Source: Tubiluchus corallicola
Lineage: Eukaryota > Animalia > Priapulida
Reading direction: 5' to 3'
Length of the DNA: 64,000 nucleotides
Assembly (NCBI GenBank): GCA_030141605.1
Contig: JAQGDQ010000007.1
Location: forward strand, 607,173-671,172
The position numbers were made by a program, and so were the translations under genes. Positions 54,601 to 64,000 of the stretch are shown here, one piece after another; position 1 is the first letter of the stretch; the number at the start of each line of letters is the position of its first letter. The notes beneath the pieces are model-generated. The model was not told the DNA's origin. It did not search any database and saw only the letters and a list, made by a program, of their open reading frames with translations.

Positions 54601-57600
54601 TGCAAGTTTCAGGTAAAAAACAACTACTGTTTCACTTTCTGTTTATCTGTCAGTTAATCTTTCTGGGCCTCTTGTTCATTAATCTTCATTGTTTTTGCTT
54701 TCTCACATACTGTATGCGCAGCATCTTAATATTCTTATTCTCAATCTTTAAAATTAGGGCAAATAAAACAAGTAAAACAAATACAACATGGGAAACAATG
54801 GGATGCTAATACCGTCACATTTTAAAATGTATATTTCCTTGAGCACAGACATTTTCACAATCTTTAAATTTTTGACTTCTAATATTACAGAATACCAGTA
54901 ATTTAATAATTAAAAATCTTAAAAATGCAACATTCGTGTTTCAAACTTCGAGAATATCAAAATCCTGCATAACAAAAGTCAGAGCTTATGTGCCGTATAG
55001 AATTGAGAAGTATGGTTGGCAGAAACAGAAACGAACACGTTCTGGTGTGTATGTATCATCCAACATGCCAATTGCAACATGAAACTTATGTGAGAAATTG
55101 ACAAGGATTTTGTTTTACAAGTGGAAGAAACTGAGAACGCATAATCCAAGCCACATAAGTTGTCGTTCTCATCAAGTTTCTGCATGCACAATTGACCAAG
55201 TCTCTAGTGCAACTGTACTTTTGGTTACAAATTAGGAACAAAAGTGAAAGTGGGGCAGTTTTGAAGAGCACAGTCTGTATCATGCTTTTATTTTATTTTC
55301 ATTGACTTAAACACTTTCTTGCACTAGTTCGTGCAGTCCACAAAACAGTACTTGTTTGTTGTTGTTGTTGTCAGTGTTTAATATTTATTTTTACTTTTAC
55401 TACTAGTCTACTAATTTCTTTAATTGAACCACTTATGTAACTAACTTAAGTGTGTTTTCAAAAATAAATGATGTTAATAATTTAAGAAAAAAATGTTGCC
55501 TATTAATTTTACAGTTTGTCATTTTTTAATATTTTCCTAATCAGAAGCCCATAATGATGCCACATTTTGCTTTTTTTGCATTAAACTACATTATCTTTAT
55601 CTTTATGAATTTTATAAATTTTACAGTATTTTTAAAACTACATTATTTTTAGTTTTGTATTAGCTTGTCTACTGCAGGTTCATACGTGAGCACAGTTACT
55701 TATAGTCTTGAGATCTGTTACTTTAAATTTCCCTTTTTTACTTGATTTTGTTTCTAGGAATGAGAGTCAAGTTTGACATGGAGAAACTTGAAGGATCTCG
55801 TGTCGTGGAGATACAAGTGAGGTGCACCAAGTGCCGCATACCTGTTTACGAACCTCTGAACCTGAACAAGGAATACTGGATAATTACAAGTAGATATTTG
55901 GCTTCAGGAGGAGATGGTTATACAATGCTGAGAGATAATCAGTTAGCCAAGTTCGCTACAGGTATGACAAAAAATGATTTAGTACATTCATTAGTTGTCT
56001 TACCTGTGTGTCTGTTTAGTAGTTGGGAAAGAATGGCAATTGTGCCCGTTTGCATGTTTTGAATTGAGCAAGATATGCATGGGTAATGGAAATATCTAGA
56101 CACTTTGTTACTTTATCTAACATGCAGAATGAGATGGGGTGGGAAACAATTTTCGGCAGAACTATTATTAATGTATATATGTGCTAGGATAATTGTACAT
56201 TACTGTTACAGGTAATCGACTGCTTGTAAATGTGGCAGACTACATTAAACGAATGTCGCCTGTTATTCAAGGATTAGAAGGCAGAATAGTGTTCAGTGAT
56301 CGTACTGTCGTAACGTACAATTTCCGCGCCACACCTAGTTTTCGGTGTGTGGTATCTCCAGTTGATCCAGCAGCTCCCGTGCAACCCCAACCAGGTACAT
56401 CTCAGAAACAAGTCTCTGAATATGCGAAAAGACTCAGACCAAAACAAGTATATATGAAACCAAAGTTGGTTCCTCAAAGACCTCAAGTAGACCCGCAACC
56501 AGATCCATTTCCACAAAAAGTTTCACATTTTCCACTAATTCCTAACAGAGAGGATCCAACTCCGCAAAAAGTTCCATGGTATCCACTGAGACCTCAAGTA
56601 GACCCGCAACCAGATCCATTTCCACAAAAAGTTTCACCTTTTCCACTAATTCCTAACAGAAAGGATCCATCTTGGCAGGAGCTTGAGAGAAACAACCGTC
56701 GCCCGCAACCAGATCCATTTCCACAAAAAGTTTCACCTTTTCCACTAATTCCTAACAGAAAGGATCCATCTTGGCAGGAGCTTGAGAGAAACAACCGTCG
56801 CCCGCAACCAGATCCATTTCCACAAAAAGTTTCACCTTTTCCACTAATTCCTAACAGAGAGGATCCATCTTGGCAGGAGCTTGAGAGAAACAACCGTCGC
56901 CCGCAACCAGATCCATTTCCACAAAAAGTTTCACCTTTTCCACTAATTCCTAACAGAAAGGATCCATCTTGGCAGGAGCTTGAGAGAAACAACCGTCGCC
57001 CGCAACCAGATCCATTTTCACAAAAAGTTTCACCTTTTCCACTAATTCCTAACAGAGAGGATCCATCTCGGCAGAAGCTTGAAAGAAAAGACCGTGGCAG
57101 ATGGATTGAGAAAGTTCGAGAACGCTTTCTAGGTCGCCAAGGACGAAACAAACACCCCAGACGCAACAGGCCCGACAAACGTGGCGATTATTAGTTACTA
57201 TTTAATTAGTAGCTGCATTGCAAATTGTGAACAAAAACAATTATTGTATTATCATGGAAGTTTTGTATTATTATTTGCAATTTAATTTCTCAATTAGTTA
57301 TGCTTAATTATTCAATTAATGAACAGTGTGAATTGAACTATTTTGTTAATTGTAGTAATGATTAGAACCTGAATTTAATTACTACCATATTATCCTTAGG
57401 TTCTACAATGTTCTAAAACCACATGTTCTACAATTAGTAAAAAATTATTGTTGAAATTGTGTATCACTATGTAATGCAGAGCATACAGATTAACTCCATC
57501 AAGGTTTGGCAATGTTTTTTGACTGTTTTTCAATATACTGTAAAACTAACAAACATCACTAAACAGCAGCCTGTTTCAAATGAGTTTATTTTGGTATTTG

Positions 57601-60600
57601 TAAAGTGAAATATATGAACATCACAGAATACTATCATGGCTGCTTCACGTCAATTCTGTGAAAATCGAGAAGATTTTTTAGCATTTTTAAAACACAAAAG
57701 ACTTTGCGCAGTGCTTTATTATTTCTCTAATATTTTTTCAAATCCACTGAAACATTTCCAGGTGATGAACAATGGAAGCAGTTTAAATAATATAGTCTGG
57801 AAAGAATTATTCTAACCGATTCCTGTCTGAGGATTTAAATGACCGAAGTGAAAATACTGTTGCATGATGCGCACTTAGGTGCTATATGTGGGCTTGCAAA
57901 TCGAAATTGCTCATAAGTGATCATAGTTAAGACTATGTTATGATGCTTCAAAGTGGAAGGCACAAAAATTGGGTCAATAGTTAATTTTTTTTTATAAAAA
58001 CAAATGCTAACCACATTGGACTTTATATTCTAGCATCAAATCACCAGGAAATTGTTCTGTTGTCAAGCTCAAATCTTCATCTGAAAGACCCATCTATTGG
58101 ATTTAAATATAACTTCGTGTGTCCTGCAAGTCCATAGCAACCATGCTTTTGTACGGTTCCTAAGTGTTTTTGTAGAAGCTCGACAAAAAAACAACGGCAA
58201 ACTTTGACAGTGATTTACTCAAGATTATGTTTTTCAGTGCGCAGTGTGCACCTCATCTTTTGCTTAGAAATAACATAGAGCGATGAGCTTGGTACCAAAA
58301 CGATTCTCATCAAATGGAGATTTAAGATGTGTGAATAACTTAAAAAGCTTAATTGCTGACTTATCGACGTTGTTTGCTATGCAAGTGCACATAAAAGAGT
58401 AAAGTGGATTTCAAATCCTGCCAAAAAAATTTCCATACATCAAAGTTATACTTTATTACTTAGAATTACATTTACCTGCTTGAAAGACTTGTGTAATTGG
58501 AAAAGAAAATTCTGAATAATTTACAAATTTCGTGCCAACTGGCAAAACGTCAGTGATTTCAGTGATTTGCTATCCCAGTAGGCACCATTTACTCACTAAA
58601 AACACATTATCGATCCTACTGACAAGGTAAAGTAATTTCTAAGTTTGCTTGGTTAGTGAAGTATGTGGTACGAATTTTCTGATTATTTTTTCGAACTTAA
58701 ACAATATTATCAAAACTAGTTTCAATTTCTTATACAGCAACTGACTGTTAAAATAGTTGTGCCTAATTGTCAGCGCGGGAGTTTAGTTACAAGTATTATA
58801 TAGCTAATACTCGATATTGTTAATACTACATCTGTGTGCAGTAAGACTGGATGCAAGGGATTAAATGTTTCGAAACAAGTTATTAGCTCTATTTTTATTT
58901 AAGAATTCTCTTTTCTTGTCTTTTAAGCTTCCTAAGTGATAATTCTTCAACGCAAATTAGTCTTAAAAGGAACACACAGTAAAAATATTACAAATGGGAG
59001 AACCTTTTGTGCTAGACTAAACCAGACGGTTTAGTGTCTGGTTTAGTCTAGTGGTAATGCGTCTGCTTTCCATCTGGGAGGTCGTGAGTTCGAACCAGCA
59101 GCCAGGTCATACCAAAGACTTTAAAAATGGTACCTGCTGTTGCCCTGCCTGGGGCGCGGTATTTAGGGTAAAAGTGGGGTAATAATAGTCTCTGTTATGT
59201 AGCTGTGGGTTGTTGTTTACAGTCGGCGATAATAGCTCTTTGAGCTAATGTTAATTGTTGACCCAAAAGCCGACTTTAAATAAAGATTATTATTATTATT
59301 ATTACATGGTCTAAAGTTAAGTACCAGATTTTTTTAAAAACTGGGTACAAGAGGAACAAACCATTGTCTGTTTGTTGAGCGATACCGGTTAACAATACTA
59401 ACTGATGCATAAACAAACTACTTATCCTGCGTATAAACAAAAAGAAAAAACCTGCATGAACAGACTAGGCTGGATGACTTAATTTAGTCCACTAAGTTTC
59501 TAAAATGTTTAGTACATTCTGGATGATGACTATAGACCACTGTCAGAAAAACTGCTGTGTAAAAGTATCAGGCTAGCAATGGGTATTATTTGAAATAATT
59601 ACACAGCAAATAAAACGCATATGCGTCTTTCAACAACAGAAAGATCACTATAATTGTAAACATGCAAGTTTTGCCAAAAGATATTTGCAAAAATAAAGAG
59701 AGAAGAATGCTGAAAGTGATATTCAGCATACAAGTGTAACAAATATTTGATTTTTGGTACACTTACTTTTAATTTCTCAAAGCTTTGTACTCGTCTTGCT
59801 AATACCGGCCATATTTCGTCATGAAAAAAGTCATAGTCAACATCTAAGTTATCCGTAGATGGTTCTTTGTTCTGCAAGAAAAATCAAAGGCTTCTTTCTT
59901 GACACTAAAGAACAATGAACTCGAATCTTACTAAGTCTGACATAAATAAGTTTACAGATGTTTTTCCAGCAAGCCAATGTGTTTACAAAATAATAATTTT
60001 AAAATTTATTAAGTGTAGTTTTAAAAACAACATAATTACTTACTGTATAGTACAAACTTTTTGTCGGGCATCATTTCATTCTTAGTACACGTTGCTTTTA
60101 TTGCGTACTTTGCCTACTGTTCAAACTAATTTCAATTGCAAAATAATTTCAATTAATCTTATAGTGCAGCAATAAATTTGCTGGACACTCAGCTAGTTTT
60201 ACAAAAACTTAGTTTATTATCACACACTATAATTATTAACATGTACGTGTCCGTCTACTAGTCGGACATACCTTATATAAATTATATATACTTTAGCCGA
60301 GTACTTTGCACATGCCTCACTTATAGAATATCTTTTTATAAGCGTATTGTGGTCTCTAGTGGCTATAATTATATTACATTGTATTTATGATAAAAAATTC
60401 AGTTTTTTCCACACAAACATGTAGTAAAGCAATGTGGCATTTTATTATAGTACACTAATGTACCCCATATAAAAATTATGAAGCTAATAATAATAGGTGC
60501 AATTATTCATCTTGCAAATACACACTCTTGATAGTACAGCATTGAAGTTTGTTCCAGTTTGAACACGATATCAAAAAGCCCACTTTGTCAAGTCACGTCT

Positions 60601-62149
60601 TATCCCTGAACTGTGTGTAAAAACTTGGTTGACGAAAATAATAGAGTCAGTTAAATGGGCAGCAACGACTACGTTAATTACTTGCTTGCTAGGTAGTGAT
60701 GGTATGTATAAATATTTACTTCTTTGGGAGATGCACCACATAAGTAATTGCCAAGAAGACCTTCTCGTCTGAAATATGTGAAAGATTTTCCTGGATCAAC
60801 AACGAATGGACACTCAAGTCCTGGACCATTGGGCGAATGAACCATATATACGTATCTCTTCCTAAAATGTAAATTTAAAAAAGAATTACGTATTGGATTT
60901 TACATTGTTATTTATCCCACTTGAAGTCATAATACTGAAACATTTAAAGTAAACTTAGTAGTAAGATATTACAAAATTTCCAACAGGTTTTTTGTACGAC
61001 TGCAAGATTAAATGCCACAAGAACAACACATCTAAGACTCGGCAAGTAAGAACAAACAAGTACAAACACCTCATTAACATTTAATGATAATGTCAAAGAC
61101 TTTAGTCTAAGGCATAAATTTTGATAATTTCTTTATATTTTTAACAAATTAATACATGAAACAGATCATTATTAAAGTAAAAATACAGCCAGCTTGTTTT
61201 CTTTAGCAAAAAGAGACTACAATCGAGTTTCTTTTCATTTAAGTTTCCCTTTCACTAACTTTTATTTGCAATGCTGCTGTCATAGATATCAGCCTTGAGT
61301 AAAACATCATTTCCAGACAAGGTTATATGTGCTTTGGAATTTGTGGTTTATGATGCTGACACATTACACCTAAAAAATCCAACCGCCAACAAAAAATTGA
61401 ACAAAATTCCCGATTTTTATTAAACAGTAATTTTTGCTTGACAAGTCACGACATAATATCAATAAAATATCTGTGTGGTTACTCATCTTTTATCAAAAAC
61501 AGGCTCGATTTTTTCAGGAAATCATTACAATTTAAAACAATTGTCGTTTGATTATTGAAAGAGTGACAACTGTTTAAAATTGTAATGATTTCTCTTAAAA
61601 ATCGAGGCTGTTGTTTGATAAAAGTTGAGTAACCACACAGATATTTTATTAATATTATGTCAGGTGACTTTTCACTTTGCACAAACATAAACATGTTTAT
61701 GTGACTGTACTTCTTTCAATTTTACTGTCTCAGCAATGGAAGTCTTCTAAATGCAAGTTTAACACCCTCGGAAGTAATACAAGACTGTTAAACACAGTTA
61801 ATACACACAAGAGCACTTGTACCCTAACAGATACCCTTCTACTCAAAAAGTTACTGGAAAATTGTGGAAGGGGTTAAGGAGTAAGTCGGACTTTGAAATT
61901 TGGACCAGCAAATCTTGAAAAATGAGGTTGCACTCAAACTAACTGAGTTGACAAAACTTAAGCAAAAACCCATACAGACTTATGTGTTTTCATTTACCTT
62001 GGTTCCACAGGTATACCGACGCTAAGAATAGGGTTGGGTTGTGGTTTTCCTATTCCTGCCATATGCGCAATTTCTGCAGCCCACGGTCCAGCTGCATTAA
62101 AACAAAAGGCAAAATGTAGCGGGTACACCTTACCATCATCCATCTTTAT
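43317..62149 (-). CDS. FOXRED1: FAD-dependent oxidoreductase domain-containing protein 1 (complex I assembly factor), 3' part; upstream exons outside window
   Basis: Phase-consistent exons (-): 62149-61998 ([12 protein letters not shown]...IPVEPR), 60861-60720 ([23 protein letters not shown]...YFRREG), 59871-59767 ([21 protein letters not shown]), 43571-43317 ([21 protein letters not shown]...[17 protein letters not shown]...ENCIV*). Confidence 0.93.
45330..45420 (+). promoter_or_regulatory. Putative proximal promoter of nested nucleotidase-like gene
   Basis: CCAAT at 45332 and 45382, E-box CACGTG at 45354 and GC-box cccgcccc at 45413, all 130-220 bp upstream of the ATG. Confidence 0.35.
45550..57194 (+). 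CDS. NT5E: Secreted 5'-nucleotidase/apyrase (CD73-fold) homolog with remodelled metal site and Pro-rich tandem-repeat C-terminal extension; about 851 aa; nested in FOXRED1 intron
   Basis: Phase-consistent exons (+): 45550-45762, 47989-48126, 49533-49654, 49843-49928, 50735-50926, 51270-51473, 52447-52559, 53571-53715, 54457-54612, 55758-55961, 56212-57194. Signal peptide [17 protein letters not shown]. Motifs [75 protein letters not shown] and EGRIVFS. The symbol denotes the family, not proven orthology. Confidence 0.9.
51576..51703. repeat. Compound trinucleotide microsatellite (CTA)n(CTG)n(CTA)n(TAA)n
   Basis: Read directly from the sequence; intronic for both overlapping genes. Confidence 0.95.
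56492..57097 (+). repeat. Coding 99-bp (33-aa) tandem repeat [19 protein letters not shown][KE][13 protein letters not shown]
   Basis: Units start at 56603, 56702, 56801, 56900 and 56999 (the last diverged). A related 111-bp unit starts at 56492. Confidence 0.97.
59036..59304 (+). mobile_element. tRNA-derived SINE (MetaSINE-like core) with (TTA)n tail
   Basis: Pol III A-box tagtctagtgg (59044-59054) and B-box gttcgaacc (59088-59096). The core ggtcataccaaagactttaaaaatggtacctgctgttgccctgcctgg resembles the Meta domain as I recall it. It ends aataaagattattattattattatta. Confidence 0.8.
61443..61670. repeat. Near-complete 228-bp palindrome (fold-back MITE-like) in FOXRED1 intron
   Basis: The arm aagtcacgacataatatcaataaaatatctgtgtggttactcatcttttatcaaa...ttgtc pairs with gacaa...tttgataaaagttgagtaaccacacagatattttattaatattatgtcaggtgactt. 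The loop is about 19 nt (61546-61564). Confidence 0.85.
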
Positions 62150-62517
62150 CTGTAATAAACGTTAATAAGTTTAACAGGTTAAATCCATAAATACGAAGAG
62201 ATTACAGTAAGTTCTTACTTAGCGATACTGATGCGTTCCAGCAAAATGCGATGTTAAGCGAAACTAAGGCTTCCATAGAAAGCAGTGTAAGAGTATTGAG
62301 ATACACTCCAGAGGCAGAAGTCAATGTTACTTAATTCATATAGTTTTTACATTTTAGGAATTTTATTTATATTTCAATTGATTTCTTTCTTTCTAATTGC
62401 TTGAAACTACCTATCTTTTTTACCAATACCTAGCCAGCATCAATGTTGAAGTGCTAGCTATGCAATTAGCAATTTGCATAGTAAAAGCCAAGCCCCGGGG
62501 AAGCCTTTTGAGACATA

Positions 62518-63980
62518 CAGTCTAGCCTCGTTATTTCACCCCTCGTTATGCCGCCAAACTCGTCTCTCGCCATAGAAAGTACCAGGACAGATTTCCTGCT
62601 TTGATGTTTACCTCTTTAAGTCGCCACCCTCGCTTCTCGCCCTCGCCACGTCATGCTAGGATGAGTGCTTATGTAAACTATATTCGTTATGCCGCCAAAC
62701 AGACAAACTCAGAGGTGAATCGATCAATACATATACCGCGTGTCGATCAATATAACCGCGGTATGTAGACAATGCTGCTGTACTCGATAGACAGACATAA
62801 TTAATCTAGTGTGTGTCTCACCAGGATTAGATTAGGAGTGCTGTGGTCGGTTAATGCGCAGAGAAACTAAAGTGCCAAAGCTGCGTTTTGGATGAATTTT
62901 TGAAGTCCCTCAACCGCAGAATGGCGAGTGAAAACCACCATATTTTGATGCTAATGGACAATGCACCCAGTCACATCATCCCTGAGAACTTAACTCATAT
63001 CCGCAGTGAGTTCTTGCCGCCTACCACTGCCAGCCACCTGCAGCCGATGGCCGCCGGTATCATCAGTGCATTTAAGTCCCACTACCGTCGCTATCTGGTT
63101 CGCATCTATGTGGATGCAATCGACGCAGAATGTACACCAAAGGTTGAGATCGGTGACACAATCCGCTGGACAAAGCTGAGCTGGGACGAAGTGACGGAGA
63201 GCTGTATCAAGAACTGCTGGTGCCAAACAGGTATACTACCAATAGAAGCAGCAGCCGCGGACGCTGACACTCAGTCGACAGCTGAAGCCCACCGTGAATT
63301 TCGCAACCTATTTGAGTCGCTGGGTATGCCGGCTATGCTGCTGATGACACCGGCCGAGTACTTAATCACCTGTCCACCTCCGAGATGATGACTGACACAG
63401 AGATAGTTCAGCTTGTGAGTGAAGGGCAGGCCGCGCGCAGCAGCGATGAAGATGACACGGGCAGTTGCCATGAAGATGATGGCGCATCTCATGTATCGAA
63501 TGACCAGGCAGCAGCAGCTGTCGACACACTGATGCGATACTTTGAACAGTCTGACAGAGTCACAAGCGAACGATATTCAAGGATTGTGTTTGATTAGACG
63601 TCGTGTTGACTGCTTCCGTGTATCATCAATGAAACAGTCGTCTCTTCTGAATTATTTCAGTCATCAGTAACTCACTTGTGAACATTTCTAAATCTTTTGC
63701 TAAGTTTATTGCATTTAAGTGTATACTCGAAAAAGGTTTTTTAAATAAAAAAGTAACATTCTAAGATTATTTTTATGACATTTTTTCATTTCTGATTTAA
63801 TGTTGATTGGTATCATAATGCGAAATATATTTTATATGTACATACAGGAACACTATGTTAATCAACTATTATGTATATACATATAGACTAACTTCGTTAT
63901 ATTCCCGTTATCTCGCCATACTCGCCTCTCGCCAAAAATTTGCCCTAGACGGACAGTGGCGAGATAACGAGGCTAGACTG
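62518..63980 (+). mobile_element. Tigger/pogo (Tc1-mariner) DNA transposon, internally deleted non-autonomous copy (1463 bp)
   Basis: TIR cagtctagcctcgttat...ataacgaggctagactg with a TA TSD on both sides. DDE_1 remnant ILMLMDNAPSH...FLPPTTASHLQPMAAGIISAFKSHYRR and CIKNCW. No N-terminal HTH. Confidence 0.93.
62888..63597 (+). pseudogene. Truncated, frameshifted pogo-type transposase
   Basis: ORFs 62888-63388 and 63385-63597 are in different frames. The catalytic QPMD motif reads QPMA, and the N-terminal half is missing. Confidence 0.85.
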
Positions 63981-64000
63981 TATTTCGTCTAGATAGTGGT

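Noticed and set aside
56274-57178. Minus-strand ORFs, including a Cys/Gly-rich 194-aa repeat ORF
   Set aside because: They are antisense shadows of the 99-bp coding repeat. The + frame is spliced in phase to the nucleotidase exons.
59036-59110. tRNA gene
   Set aside because: It has A and B boxes but no convincing acceptor stem, and it continues into a SINE body and TTA tail.

Overview
AT-rich, intron-rich metazoan (invertebrate-type) genomic DNA; there are no prokaryotic operons or CRISPR arrays. By joining exons by hand and checking splice phases, I reconstructed four genes. (1) A TCF20/RAI1-like extended-PHD chromatin protein (- strand, 9044-21030, about 1422 aa, one GC-AG intron). (2) TRAF7 (+ strand, 28283-41208, 14 coding exons, about 559 aa). 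(3) The 3' part of FOXRED1 (- strand, 43317 to beyond 62149). (4) An 11-exon secreted 5'-nucleotidase/CD73-fold gene (+ strand, 45550-57194, about 851 aa) nested antisense in the 16.2-kb last intron of FOXRED1. The nested gene is the most unusual object. All three His metal ligands of the calcineurin-like site are replaced by Asp/Glu and the bridging Asp by Glu, while the His-Asp dyad, disulfides and nucleotide pocket are kept. The GPI signal is replaced by near-identical 33-aa Pro-rich repeats with basic sites and a cationic tail. Introns and intergenic DNA hold many TEs: hAT MITEs with TSDs (an inverted pair flanks the TRAF7 start exon), a TGT...ACA Ginger-like MITE, a MULE-like MITE, a Tigger/pogo deletion derivative, LINE fragments, a tRNA-derived SINE, and mini- and microsatellites. 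Positions 1-8000 show no confident gene. All family assignments rest on motif recognition, not database searches.
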